A stretch of 64,000 bases of DNA, from NCBI RefSeq assembly GCF_025526975.1, contig NW_026515675.1, forward strand, positions 124,001-188,000, in the 5' to 3' direction. A program made the position numbers and the translations under genes. The stretch comes from Fimicolochytrium jonesii (Eukaryota). How positions within the stretch are numbered: position 1 is the first letter of the stretch; the number at the start of each line of letters is the position of its first letter. This document shows positions 49,486 through 64,000 of the stretch, in pieces. The notes under the pieces were generated by a model, which was given only the letters and a program-made list of their open reading frames with translations, searched no databases and was not told the DNA's origin.

Positions 49486-50938
49486 TGAAGAGGAGGAAAG
49501 AGGGTACGCGGGATGTCGCCTATTTATATGATTTGCAGAAAGTCCCAACCCACAATTTTGATCTCGGATATAGTGCGTAAAACAAAGCCACAACTGAGCG
49601 TACATACAACTGCGTGTATGGCTCATATTGGAATCATCGCCGTTCAATCCAAATCTTGGACACGGGCCCGAATGGGTCTTTCGTTTGTTCACGTTTTCCG
49701 TGTACAGTACGACAGTGCAGTGACGGAGGAGCTACTGAGTCTTACTCCCAAGTCCGTTAGAACGGAATGCCGGAACAATGGACGCCTACTGAATCTCGCA
49801 GCCAACCGGGACTTTCCTGAGGACGCTTTCCGTAGCGTCCAAGTTCTTCTTGAGAAAGGCTTCGTAGATGCGAAGCGATTCGGTATCCAATGCCTAAAAG
49901 CCGTCTCAGCTGGTTGGTGGCCTACGATTGCATCCCGACTCGAATCGCCGTTCTGGACACGATTTACATCACCGCCAAGTCAAATACATACATCCATCCC
50001 GGGTCGCTGAGACAGATTCACTGACCTACAGGACTGTACTTCATGAAAGGCTTTTGGAGCAGCGGCAATTCTGGAATCAAATGGCTCACTTGATCCTCAA
50101 AGTCGCTGACAATGTATCCGAAGAAGACGTATCCCAAATTCAGAATGAAGCCGTCCAAGAAGCCTGCTGTGAACATCTCAAATACGATGCGGCAGCCTAT
50201 GATAGGCTTGCCACGACTTATCTTGGAGACGGGTTCCAGATGCCGCTTTTCCCCTTTCTCCCTCGAAGCGGCTTCGTTTGAACTAGATTTCTGTTACATA
50301 CGACAAGCGAGAAAGGGGCCCTGATCATGCTTCGGATAAAGGAGAACCAGCATCCACAAGCTACCGGTGCGGCGAACCACACTATGAACAAGTGTCCGTT
50401 TTTATATCCCATAGGTACTCTAGGTTAGGGTTAGCTGAATGCTCTCGCTCGTCTTGACCCTTCCTTTCTTCGGAAGACGTTTGCCAAAGTACAGTAGATC
50501 CGATGGTCCCTCAAGAAGAAATCCAACGTCAATAAACTTCAAACTTACTCATACAGCGTTCGTACGACGAGTAGAATGCCGTCTGAATCTATGCCAGGAG
50601 TGGATTACTCGTCAGTTGAGTGCGACATAGCCGGCCTTTGGAGATTGTCTTGCCATTTGCCAGTTCCCCTATGCATATTCCTTGTACCGTGTTTCTCTGT
50701 ACCTGGGGGGTCACGTGACTTGCGTTACTGGTCAAGTTCTCAGTAACGGGAACGCGTCACTGACCCGATAGGTACAGTACATACGTAGTAGGAGTCTCTA
50801 GGAGTCTCCCCTCCCGCTCTCCCGCTGCTTGCTCCTCCCTCTTTTATCTTGCACCCCTCGCAAAAGGTCGTCGCAAGTGTTTCCTTCATACCCCACCCAC
50901 CCACTCTATATTATAACTGCCGTCCCCACCAGAAAGCG

Positions 50939-52054
50939 ATGCGCATCGTTATATTACCCGTCACCAGGGCCGCTCTCCGCTCGCAAAACCCAAACCCGGC
51001 ACACCTCCTGCACCACGTCAACGTACCCTCCTCCTCCCTCTTTCACCCAGAGAGAAATATCACCCCAACAACAACAACGCAAGGTGGAACAACAATATCC
51101 CTGGACAAAAACTCCCAACCTCCCTCTCCATCCCCCCAATCTCCCACCACCTCAAACCCCGCCCCCGCCCAATCCCTCGACGGCAAACCCCTCCTCGTCC
51201 AGTGGACGGCAAAAGGCGTCGCATGGTCAACAACAAAATGGAAAGACATGGGCGCAAAACCAGACACCTCCTTCACAAAGAAATTGCACATCTTTGGCGA
51301 AAAATTGAAGGATGTCGCCCCCGCCGATGAATGGTTCTTGAAGAGCGTCCCCTCCTATGCAGAGATCCATTGGGATAGATTACTGCCCGACGCTGATGTC
51401 AATCCCCTCACTTCTGCGAGCGACGACAGCGAGTCCTCCCCATCGTCACATCCCTCATCGCAATCCCCGACGACAACAACAACCGCCCCCCTGACCATCC
51501 ATCACCCAACCCAAATCCTCACCCCCTACATAACCACCCACCTCACCACACTCATCAGCACCGCGCGCACAAAACACTCCCGCAACCTCACCCTCAGCAT
51601 CCTCTGCCTCCCGCTCTCCGCCTGTTTCGCCGTCCTGCCCGGTCCCAATGTCCCCCTGGCCTGGAATCTGTTTCGCCTGTATTCCAATTGGAGGGCTTTG
51701 CAGGGGGTTAGGACGCTTGATGTTGTTTTGGGCGGGGGGAAGGAGGGTGGGAACGTGGTGTATGTGCCCGATGAGAGGATTGACGGGTGTTTAGGGACGT
51801 GGGCGGTTGATCAGAATCAATACATCCCGGCCAAAGTCGTCCGCTGTGTCGTAGAGAAGGAGGTAGCCGACGAGCATCTGGGGGATGAGGCCGCGCGGCT
51901 GGTCAAGCAGTTGAGGAGGAAGGAGGCCGGGAGGTTTTGGTGGCTTCAGGGGTTGCATAAGGGGGGTGGTGGGAAGACAGGTGATGGGAGTGCCGGGACA
52001 AAGGCCGATGACCCCGGCGCGAATGGAAACCCATCGCAGAAGAAACAGGACTAG
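50939..52054 (+). CDS. Mitochondrial K+/H+ exchange-related (Mit_KHE1-like) protein
   Basis: MRIVILPV start; EWFLKSVP; H…LPLSACFAVLPGPNVP…FRLYSNWRALQG. Confidence 0.7.
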   Translation: MRIVILPVTRAALRSQNPNPAHLLHHVNVPSSSLFHPERNITPTTTTQGGTTISLDKNSQPPSPSPQSPTTSNPAPAQSLDGKPLLVQWTAKGVAWSTTKWKDMGAKPDTSFTKKLHIFGEKLKDVAPADEWFLKSVPSYAEIHWDRLLPDADVNPLTSASDDSESSPSSHPSSQSPTTTTTAPLTIHHPTQILTPYITTHLTTLISTARTKHSRNLTLSILCLPLSACFAVLPGPNVPLAWNLFRLYSNWRALQGVRTLDVVLGGGKEGGNVVYVPDERIDGCLGTWAVDQNQYIPAKVVRCVVEKEVADEHLGDEAARLVKQLRRKEAGRFWWLQGLHKGGGGKTGDGSAGTKADDPGANGNPSQKKQD

Positions 52055-52169
52055 CGCGTTGAGGTGGTCCAACCCCCCGCCCATACCATAGAATTCGCAC
52101 CCATACCACATGTAAAAAAACATATGCCACATATCGATAGACAATATATGGAAGATGTCGGAATATGAG

Positions 52170-53754
52170 TCACGAAACGACCATCGCCCGATGATCCAAC
52201 CTCGCCGTCCAGTTCAACAAACTCTCCGCTTCGTCCTCCCAATCCTCCTCGGAGTGCTCATGCGCCGCACGTCCGTGAGAATTCTCCACCTCCCCACCCC
52301 CCACCACCCCACGCGTCCCCACATCCCCCGCCCCAGTCCCCGCCGTGGGTACGACAGCCCCTTTCGCATCCCCACCCCCCGCCGGCGCCGCCGCCGACCG
52401 CAAATAAAGCTGCCGCATCGCCTCAACCCGCCCGTCCTTCACCACGGGTTTGACCGCAGCTTTGGGTTTCCGCGGCGGGAAGCGGCCAAACACGAGCTCG
52501 CGTTGCCGCGCCATTAGGTCCTTGGATTCCGCGGGGGTCAGTGCGCTTGCCGTGGGGGGGAGCAGGTGCAGGTCCTGGCCTTTTTCTTTCCGGGGAATAA
52601 ATTAAAAAAAGGGGGGGGGGATGAGATGGAGATCCCCATTCGCACACGGAAAACCCAGCCGATGAGTGACATACCACCCGACCGCGTCTTCGGAACCGAC
52701 GTCGCGATCATCCTCCATCCCGCATGGTACTCATCAAAACTGACCGTCTGCACTGCCGCCGGCGGGCGGGTGGGGGTGTCCGGCTCCGCGGGGATCGGGA
52801 GGTAGGGCTCCAGGGATGGTGTGCGGTCGGTGAGGGCCGGGTCGTCTGGGTCAAATGCGGTGAGACCGGCTAGATCACCATCGCCATGTCAATGCCTGTG
52901 TTTTTTTGAATCAGATTGGGGAGCGGGATGTGCACACGTACAGTCCACCCGCCGACTGGCCACGACGCAATCGCGCACCAGCTGCCCGTACAGCCGCGGG
53001 GAAGCCGTGTAGATCTCCGCGGCGGCGAGGTTGGCCGGGTGGCTGAGGGACGGGGATGCGAGGAGGGTCTGGGGCGGCGGGTGTATCAGTTCCACTATAA
53101 TTCCTCTACGGAAATGCGAATGCGATTGGAAACGTGGGAATAGACGTACCCGGAGGGAAGACAGGAGATCGCACAGGGACATATCCGGGTCCCATTCCAT
53201 GGGGTCCTGGAGGAGGGGGATGCAGGGTGTTCCTGTGTGCATGTCGACTGAGGGAGGTGGGAAAGTAAAATGTGTGAGCTCCGATTGCCCCCCCTGCGGT
53301 ATAACTCACACAGTGCGAAAAGGGTACCCCGCACCATTGGGATGAAACGGCACGGTGAGGAACTGCACTTCTGGCGGGCGCTCATTGTAGTCTTCGTCGA
53401 ACCGCAGCTCGAGCCGGAATATCCCGCCTATTCGCGATGGATGTGAAATGAGTTGACGGGTTTTGCGTAAATGACACCACCTCACTCGCCCAGTAGTACC
53501 TTCCCAGGGCGTCTCAGGCACCCCGTGCAGCACCGCCTGCCAGTGGAAGATGTCATTCCCGACCGGTTCCGCCTGCACGCCCTGCGAAATCCCCGACTAT
53601 GTGCGTTAGGCCTCTTCGATACGGGGGATGGTGGGGATTGGTGACGGCGGGGGTGTACAGTACTTTGACTTACTTCCGGGCTATCGGCCTTTTGTAACCG
53701 GTAGAGCTCTCGTTGCAGAAGGAGTGCTGCTCGGGATGAGAGTGATTCGTCCAT
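52170..53754 (-). CDS. Ubiquitin-conjugating enzyme E2 (UBE2U-like), multi-exon
   Basis: SRAALLLQRE, WQAVLHG..TPWEGGIF, FHPN, active-site PCI, SRR; C-terminal LLNWT. Confidence 0.8.
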
Positions 53755-53990
53755 GTCTCACGGGTTGCCAAGCTTTCGAAGTGAAGTCGTCCAGGAGTGT
53801 GAAAACAGCTTGCTTGTGTGCCAATTGTGCCAATCAGACCGAAACTTTCCCCTCCCTTTTCCCGCGACGTTTTTCGCTGAACCGAATTGAAGTGTCGGGA
53901 AGAGTAGGAATCTCTTGGAACAATTCTCAGGGCCTACCCAGCCAGTTCGTCGCTTTCGAACGGTTCAAAGAGCTATCGACTCGAGTCAAG

Positions 53991-55573
53991 ATGGACTTCA
54001 CGTACCTGGATGACCTCCTTCTGACCACCAAGAAACTGGACAAGGACTTGCAAGAACTAGTGTGCGTACAGAGCTTCATACGTCCAAACCTCTTCAACCC
54101 CCCTTTTCTAAACGAATTTTTTTGCATATTGCATCCAGGTCCCTTCTTTCCTTGCCCTCAGCGACCCCGAGCGCGGCGCTGCGCACCGACTTCCTGAACG
54201 CAACGGACGCCCGCTGCGAAAGTATCCTTCGCGTTATCGAGGAGGTCGAGCTAGGGACGTTATTTGGAGGAGCCCGCAAAGCATCGTCTGAGGAGCTAAT
54301 TGATGCCGCCGGCGATGCTGTGGTGCAGATCGAACGACAGTGTGAGGCCGCGATGGGGTATTTGGAGCAGTATGGGTATCAGCCGCCAGGTGGGCAGTCT
54401 TATTTCGCGGTTTTGTGTTGGAGATGATGATTTCGCACGATTGCGAGCCTTACACTCGGCTTGCGACCGTCAATATAGCTTGGCAGAAGAAGAAAAAAAC
54501 CCGTCAACCAGCACCTGTCGATGCCGAAAACATCCCCGACCCGAAAGCCGCAGAGCCGTCAAGCCGACCAACAGCAGCGCCAGCCCCATCCTCGCCTTCA
54601 TCCATTCCGCATCAAACCGGGTCATCAAGCTCTGCAAACGCCGCGCCAATGACCCCGCCAGCCAAAACCCCACCACGAGGTTCACACGGTACCACTACAG
54701 CCAACATATCCCCGTCCGACAGCCCATTGGCGTCTCTGGAAGATCTTGGCTTGTCGTCACTAAGTATGGGATTGCTGACGGGAACGGCGCCTGATACACC
54801 TTATGCTCCAGCGCGAACGCCTATGAGGAGACCGCTGGCTTCTGCGTATGTTTACCGTGTGACATTTTCGATCAAATCTGCATTGGCGCGAATAGCTGAC
54901 TGATAGTCACATGTTGATGTTTTGGATTTAGGATGATGGACTCGCCTGCACCACCAACGTTCCGTACCGGGCGCGATGACTTTGAATCGCCACCGGAAGC
55001 GCGAAGAACCGACCCGCAATCGATGTTCAAAGACAATCTCATTGCGAATATCAGTGAGGAGGAGTATGCGAAGTTGCCAATTGACATTCGGGGATCGATG
55101 CATTGCGAGGTACGTGGATTAGGGAACGCTCTGATGCGTTGGTATGGAGGAGACAGTAAGACAGTATTTTCATGACATGCTATAAATTTTACAATAGTTT
55201 TTGAACGAAATGATCAGTGGTAAGTAAGCAGTCTTCGATGGACATGTAGGCATAAGTTCAGTCTGATCGATCGCGCATTTCTCACTTCTCGAAGAAATCA
55301 ACGAAGCAATCAAAGGTACTTCCCAACACATACTCATGCGCGATACGACTCTTCTGTGTCTTCGCCGGTGTTTATATGTTCTTCAACTTTAGACAAACGA
55401 TTCTCAGGCGACATGGCCAACGAAATAACCGCCGAAGAGCTCTGCAACGCTGCAATGATGGGTATGCGTGCCTCTTCCCGTATATCGTTCTCATCGCCGG
55501 TGTGTCTCATTCACAATCGTTTGCTAGATGCGGCACGTTGCATGGCGGTCATAATGGCTATGGTGCAGCTGCA
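53991..55573 (+). CDS. Multi-exon hypothetical protein (possibly Ska3-like kinetochore subunit)
   Basis: Exons with GT-AG introns, N-terminal helices, Pro/Ser-rich middle, ISEEEYAKLP C-terminal domain; family call weak. Confidence 0.45.
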
Positions 55574-55966
55574 AAGACTGAAGCCGGTCAATGCGAGGCC
55601 GGGAGAGACGAAGCGATATGCTGTTGTGGTCTAGGGGTTTGCCGAATGGGACCATTGGCGTAACTTTTTTCGGCATGGGTGTCACGTTGACGCTCTCTAG
55701 GATACGGCGTACTGGCCTATCTATGATAAGCTTGAAACCACCCGACGCTGCTTGGGTAGATTGAATTCTTGCTTCGTACATATTGTTATATGATCGAACG
55801 AATAAAACCGAGCGGGACGCACAACAACAAAGCTACAATGTACCGTTGCATGTGAAGTAAACACCAGCTATTGTACAACCTCATCAAAAGAGCTTACGAG
55901 ACAACAGTAGCTAAACACGAAACTACGAATCATAGGATGTTCGTCTTACTACGGCCTCGATTTGCA

Positions 55967-57944
55967 TCACATGAATAATAGATTCCATGAACAACACGTT
56001 CCATGCCCTGCCCACGATGTTTCCCGATCGACTCCCGTGATGCAGCGACATAGCCACTCTTCACTCCTCCCTCCCGCCAGTGGTATCCCTATCCGCACGC
56101 GCGTTCGAGTAGAACAAAAAGCCACCAGCATCCTATCGCGAACGCTGCCCCTTAGCGCATCAACCAGACAATGCAGAATTACGGGGAGATCAGGACATAC
56201 CTCTACCCCGCTTCCCCAAGCAACCAAATCCGCCGCAAAGTACAACGCGCCCGCAAGACCTTCGAACAGCGAGTACGGGTGGTCTGGCTCGTTGAGCTCG
56301 TGCTGGGCGTAGGTGAGGGTTTGCCATTGCTCGATTACGCAGGCGAAGCTGTCGATGTGCAAATCGATGAATGGGGTTTCCGATTGGGAAATGTGATATG
56401 GATATTGAAGGGCAAGAGATACCCACTGCAATGCTCGCCTCATCCACTCCGGGTCGCCCGTGGCGTGGTAGAGATCGATGAATGCGTAGGCGTTGCCGCT
56501 GATGCCGTGGCAGAGTCCTTTCGGTCGCTTGGGCATCAGTGATGAAGTTCGCTTGCTAGGAAATGACTACTCCATGACAGCAACCTACCGACGCCTTTCC
56601 TGAGAAGCCCTTTCTTCCAGACCAGCTCGCCTGCCTTGAGCGCAGCGTCGAGGTATGATGCGTCGTGGAAGCGTTGGTGGGATAGGATCATCGTGTGAAT
56701 GACGCCTATAAATCAAGCGTCCTTCATTCAATAAGGAATCGATAGCGGTAGGCATTCACTGCTTACCAGGCGCCCCATGACACCACTGCACCAACTCATC
56801 CTTCTCATCCCTCTGCCGACCATGGTCCGCCGACAACCAGTTCCCAGTAGGCGTCTGCAGGTCCCTCAAATGCCTTGCAGTAGCTTCCAGCTCCGGGCGA
56901 TATGTCTGCATCGCATACGGAGTTTTCAACAGTCCGGCGAGTATCCCTGCGGTACCGTAGGCGGCGCCGAGGTAGTAGCGGTCGTGCCATGCCCAGCGGA
57001 GAGGAGCGCTGGTAGGAAGGTTTTCGCCGTTAGCTCCGGAGGTTACGATTTTATCGATGAGCCGGTTGGTTGGGGGTTCTGGGAAGTGGAAGCTGAGGAC
57101 CCTGGAGGGTAGGTGGGAGAGGAGGAAGTTGTATGCGGCCAAGTATCTACCGAAGGAGTGAGGAGAGTCAATATGAGAATATCGTTGAAGATGGTTCAAG
57201 TAGACGAAGTGAGCCGAACCCGATCCGGCCATAGAGTAGTTCGTCGGATGTTTTGGAGCCGTAGCAAGCTTTTTCAAGCTTTTTGAAGTGCATCAGAGAT
57301 TCGTCCGTGAGCTCCAACTCTCCACTCTCCTCGTAGTACACTGGGAAACGATGAGAACCAGAAAGGTTTTAGGATGAACGGAGTGCTCTTCAGAACACTT
57401 GGTCTTGCCTTCGGAAACGAGTGAAATACATACCTGCAGCTGCTACGGCCCAAACTCCCGCGTTCGAAGCAATTCCACAGCGATGACCAACATGGCCCGG
57501 TGCATCCTGCTGCAGCTCCGAAACGATTGCCGAGACCGCAATGTCCATGTATGCGCGAGACAGCTCCAAGGGCGTGAGATGGTGATATTTGGTGGGTGGA
57601 AGTGCTTGCGCTTTTGTGAGCTGGTGTAGGTGCAGAAACAGGGCGGATATACCGGCGGCCCCTGATGGCAGGGCAAAACATATTGAATACATGGGCGAGT
57701 CAGGTATGCGTCATTCGAAAACCGTGCCAGTTTTTTAGGCTGACGGCTTACCAGTGTACAAGTCTACTCCGTCAAAAAAGTCCGCGGAGGGAGGCAGCTT
57801 CTCGGTGAGGAGTCTCACACCATCGTTGATGAAGCTCTGTAGGTTCCTTGCCTCGGCTTTGATGCAGTCAATATCAGTGGTGCTCTCGATCTCCGTGAAC
57901 CGGTTTAGGATGTATCGGCCCGGGTCCTGGTGTTGCGTGGCCAT
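55967..57944 (-). CDS. LanC-like protein (LANCL); 3' end uncertain
   Basis: YLGAAYGTAGI, VQWCHGAPG, GLLRKG, LCHGISGNAY, PDHPYSLFEGLAG. Confidence 0.88.
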
Positions 57945-59596
57945 ATTTCCTGTCGATCTTTTACTGGAACCTGGGAGAGCAAGAGACAGCAAGGCGAGCT
58001 TGGAGGGTCTGAGAACGTCTGCTTGCCAAGAGCTCCTGGTTTTGAAAGTCTTCTGGCGGAGAGCCGGGGGCCATGACACTGACAGTCCGCTATATGTCCT
58101 TAGATACGCACTCACGACATTGAATTTTTTGACAGGATCGCGCTGTTGAATTTTGTTTTGAACCTGGCGGGCGGTCAGAAGCACTGCGGATTGCGAATTT
58201 ACCACTGGCCAAATATCTGCGCAAATTGGAGTCAGCGAGATGTTCAATTAGCGATGTCGCTACACATGGAAATGCTTTTGCATTCGTTCCGGCCCTGGCA
58301 GACATCGGATAAACAGAAACCCAAAAACAACGACCCTAATCAATGGGAAATTTTTGATGGCGAACCTCCTCGAGCGTTCTTCCTACTAAATTAAATGTAA
58401 CTCAAGCAGCCGGCAAAGGTATTCGGTTTCGCCGAAAGGGTTAGGGTTAGGGTTTCGGTTTTTCGCCGAAAAAAGGAAGAAAGAATCTGAGGAAGGATCT
58501 GAGGAGGACATGAAAATCGAGGGCCCGGGAGAGGATATCATATTTTTTGAAGGTACGATCGGACATCTGTTGTTAGCTCGGTGGCTGGAATGTGCGAGAT
58601 ATACGTATCAGATATGCCTTCTTGATTCGCGACATAGATGCCCGACAGCTCGGATTGCATTCGGGACGGACGAAAGTGTTCAGCATGATGCTTCGACCGA
58701 TGAAGCAGCTTCATGTAGTTCCCATGAGAATCAGGCGGGTGACACGACTTTCGGCGAGTTTTTAATGTTGACGGCCATGATGATTACGGCAAGGCAGCGT
58801 GGAGTTAGGGCCTAAGCCAATTCCATCCATTCCGTCTCTGGAAGACTTGCCGATCCGAAGCAGGTGATGACTTTTTTTCATAAGCACTTCGTTTTAGCTA
58901 TCCAGTATTCACAAGCGACCATCATTAGTTTCTTCCTTTATTCAATAACGAGCGCCTTCCGGAGGTAGTGCAATACCGGAGACACCGTAGCCGAGGCATT
59001 GAGCAAGCCCAAGAACATCTCAGCCATGTTTTCAAAAATATGTATCACTTCCTTATAGTGGGAGTCAATCACTTGAATGTGGACGTGCATTTTGTGGTGG
59101 AGAAAAAGTGAACGAGGGTTGAAGGAAGGACCGAGTTTATATGCTGGGGAGTGCCGACGCGACGTTGCTGACGAAATCAGCGAGTCAGTTTAAATAACTT
59201 AGAGCGGAAGTCACGTGCGACGCGAAGAGGTATGTCACTGTCACAATTTCTGACCCTTGTTTTCGCAAACTCTGCCTTTGATAAAAGAGCCATTACTGCG
59301 ATCACGTCTGGCTGTCGTGTGCAATCGTAGGCCAACCCCTGTTAGACGTCGGCAAAAGTTTGAAAGCGGGTTCAACGGTTTTGCGATACTGTGTCTGGGC
59401 ATCGCGTTAGGGTCCGCAGAAGTTCTGACAGCTTCCAGTCCGGGCTCGGTCGCAGCGCTTCGCGGACGACGAAACTGAGAGCTCTTTGGAAGTTCGCAAG
59501 CTCAGTGAGCTGTTCATTAGCGGGTTTGTCTGCGACTTAAGCAGCCTATCCTCGAAACATAAACCCTCCCGTTTGGGGCAGTCAGAGAGGTTTTGA

Positions 59597-61193
<1,597 letters not shown>

Positions 61194-61663
61194 CATTCGT
61201 CATATTAGCCCACGTCTACACGCATCGTGGAATGCACAACATTGTCTGTGCCATAATCCTCCCAATTTTGATAAACACCTTCACATTCGACCCTTGTGCA
61301 TAGCACTTGACCCCTGTAACATTGTCACCTACCTTATTTGCATTTACTTAACCATCGCTAGCTTATACATACCCTATTCATCAACGGTCCATAGATTCGC
61401 ACAAACTTTGGCTACTGATTCAGCATCGTAGTTCTGTTCGAGCGGGTCATTGTAACAACGTTCAATCCGACATCCGCGGTAACAGTGGGTATTATATTTC
61501 GCGCGACACGCAAAATGCCAATCCATATAGTAACCAAAAAAGTGCAACTAACGTGCTCCGACCAAAAAATGAAACCGAAACGGAAAAGACAACGTGGCAG
61601 TCTGTCATGAAAACGGAATAGGCCCAGTGTTCGTAAATAGTGGCCATCAGGGAACCGAAGCGT

Positions 61664-63510
61664 TTATGACTTGAGCTTCACGAATTCCCGGTCCTCCTTT
61701 TTGCCTTTCTCCTCCTTATGCTTCTCCTCCTTGTGGTGGTGGTGATGCTTCTTTTCCTTTACCGGGTTGAGCGCAATGACGTGCTCGGTGTAGGATTTGA
61801 TCTTTTCGCCCATTAGGGAGTTGATCTGGGTGAAAGAAGTGGGAGTTAGCGGTCCGAAGGGGTCCCATGAATGCACAAGCGACGATCCATTGCCCTCACC
61901 TTCTCATGCTGCTCAGCCCTGGTCGCAAGCACCGTAATAATCTTCTTCTGCTCCTTATTTTCATCCAACACCTCCTTAACAAACGACTTTAAATCCTCCG
62001 ACAAAAACTCCAGCTCATCCTCCATCGTCTTCGCCTCCTTAACGGCCAGCGGCAACGGCGGCGCATCATGACGTGTTGGGCTCGCCACAACACCCAACTG
62101 CGACCCCAATTTCGCCGCCAGACTGCCTTCCTGACGCACGGCAACGATATGATCCTGTAGCATCGACCGCACAGCCCCCAACCGATCCGACACGAGCTGG
62201 CGATACACGTTCTGGCTCGTCTCCGCCCGCGCCTGGTCCTGCTTGAGCGCCTCGAACCGGTTCTGCAGCTGGGAAATAGTCGACGCGTGGCTCTCCGATT
62301 CCTTCGACTGTGTCGCCCGCAGCTCCTCCATCGAGTGCTGGAAGGTGGTGGTGTCGGTGGCCAGTTTTGATTCAAAGGAGCGGACCGTATCCTCGTACAA
62401 GTTCTTCTGCACGTCGACTTCCTGGGAGAGCGCAAACACGGATTTTTCCAGCTCGATGACTTTGGAGCGGAGGATGGCGTTGTCGGCTTCGAGGGTCATG
62501 TTGCGGTCGAGGAGGGCTCGGGCTTCTTCTTCGCTCGGGAGGTGGATGCCGATGTGCCGGTCGAAGATGGTTGCGGCGAAGGCGAGGTTAAGACGTGCGT
62601 GGCCGTGCGCGACGTCGGAGGCGGTTACGAAGCGACGGCAACCTAGTGTCTCCGCGGCGTCCAGCAGGGCTCGTGCGCGGGCCTCCTTGTCATCTGCAGG
62701 CAGCGCGAACGCGGCGTTCAGGGCGTCCACGATGGTATTGCGCTTGTTTGTCGGGGCGACTTGCTGGAGAAGCAGCATGTACGCATGACTATCCGAAACA
62801 TCCTTCCCAAAGTTCGCGACTCGTTTATCCGTCCCGGCCCTTTCGAGGTGGTAGTTGAACCACCTCAACAACAGCTGCTCGTTCGTGAACGCCATCAGCT
62901 GCGTCAGACTCTCACCTGGCTGCAGCAGCCTGATCAGTTCCGGATGGGAAGGCACATTGATATCGCTGAGGAGATGTGCGCGAATAAGCTGCCAGATGAT
63001 TCCGAGGACAAGATCAGGCTTTTTGCGCAGGAAATCTTCCGCGGCGACGTTCACCACCACCGCGACGTTTTTGGCGGCTTCAATCACTATGTTCAGGTTG
63101 TTGGTAGCTTCAAAGAGCCCCTTTGTCTGCTCCGGTGTCGCGCTCGTGTTGCCCTTGGTTGCAGCGGAGGAGTTCAAATGCGCCGGGTCGATAGAGGTGT
63201 TGATCTTTGCGATGTTGATGGTTTTGGGCTTGATAGTGTTCACAATGTATGCGAGCACGGCCCCGTCTTGAAGATTCTCGAAGAAGTTGTCCTTTGTGAT
63301 TGGGATGTACTATACGATGTTCGGCGTTAGTGGCTCGTACAATTCACGCTTGCGCTTCACAAGATCTTTTAGACCTACCTTCGGCCTGAGCGCCTCGACG
63401 TCTGCTAGCATGTTTCGAATATGTTCAGCATACGCATCGATTTCCCTCTCCATGCCTTCCTTCTGATTCGCGACAGGAGACAACGCAACGTCCTGATATT
63501 GATGTGCCAT
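61664..63510 (-). CDS. Fimbrin/plastin-like calponin-homology protein with coiled-coil tail
   Basis: LVLGIIWQLIR, HPELIRLL..GE, EQLLLRWFNYHL, NFGKDVSDS, RLNLAFAA.IF. Confidence 0.8.
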
Positions 63511-63940
63511 GGTTGAGGGTGTTGAGATGATGATTAGTGGGTATAACGAAGTTCCGTCTGTGGTTTGGCAAACTCGGAACCGTGAAGAGTAGAAGGAAAA
63601 GTGAGTTGATTGGGGTGCGAAGTGTCCACTGGCAGGTCCCTTTTATCGTTTTCCAGTTGCTACCTCCTCAACAATAGCGGTCTCTCCAACCAGCATTTGG
63701 TTGTGTACATGGACAAGGCGCCTTATTCATCGACGGAGAACCCTCAGAGGGGGATTGCCCACGTGGGGTTTCTAGAAAACGAAGAAGCTTCTTCCTCAAT
63801 TGTGTGGGTTGCCAAAAATATAGGATTGGGGTCGGGGATTGTTGTTTGACGCGTTACGTTTTTCGAGAAGGCGGTGACGGGAGTTCGCGTAACGGTACAT
63901 TAAGGGACACAGGTACTCTGAACGACCCGGATTCCATCAA

Positions 63941-64000
63941 GACGCGATGGCCGAGTGGTCTAAGGCGGTAGACTAGAAATCTACTCCGCTCTGCGGGCGC
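63941..64000 (+). tRNA. tRNA-Ser(AGA), truncated by window end
   Basis: TGGCCGAGTGGTCTAAGGC D-arm; GTAGA-CTAGAAA-TCTAC anticodon arm; long variable arm. Confidence 0.92.

Noticed and set aside
19317..50718. 12-bp inverted match TCACGTGACCCC at both island edges as TIRs
   Set aside because: Eight of the 12 bases are a self-complementary E-box common in promoters; no TSD seen
50789..50808. TAGGAGTCTC tandem duplication as a transposon excision footprint
   Set aside because: A single 10-bp duplication with no supporting element; could be slippage
58436..58455. TTAGGG telomere-like repeats (also near 47776 and 50423)
   Set aside because: Only 2-3 units each; too short to indicate a telomere or fusion

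Overview
Eukaryotic, intron-rich, gene-dense DNA, most likely from a fungus; a zoosporic (chytrid-like) host is an inference from gene content. Ordinary host genes occupy about 1-19.0 kb (PhoD phosphatase, SH3-RhoGEF, AN1 zinc finger, multi-RRM protein, Rab11, folylpolyglutamate synthase, RecQ5-like helicase). They resume at about 50.9-64 kb (Mit_KHE1-like, UBE2U-like E2, LanC-like, WDR5, fimbrin-like, tRNA-Ser). Between two divergently transcribed host genes lies a ~31 kb mobile-DNA island. Its centre is a ~24 kb, AT-richer, intronless endogenous Polinton-like virus (22805-46861). The element has ~1.5 kb terminal inverted repeats, each capped by the same perfect 49-bp hairpin palindrome with TG...CA ends. 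It encodes a TVpol-type polymerase/primase fused to a D5/SF3 helicase (no protein-primed PolB recognised) and two integration enzymes: a tyrosine recombinase and an rve-chromodomain integrase. It also encodes a packaging ATPase, minor and major capsid proteins, small basic and amphipathic virion-like proteins, and a 2323-aa mosaic fibre. A TTCT-N11-TAA motif recurs upstream of the virion genes. The rest of the island holds a Tet/JBP-like dioxygenase with a broken HxD motif, a Harbinger transposase pseudogene, a Ty3/Gypsy 3' fragment with its LTR, a TA-flanked MITE and a kinase pseudogene. All family calls are by motif recognition only; no searches were run.
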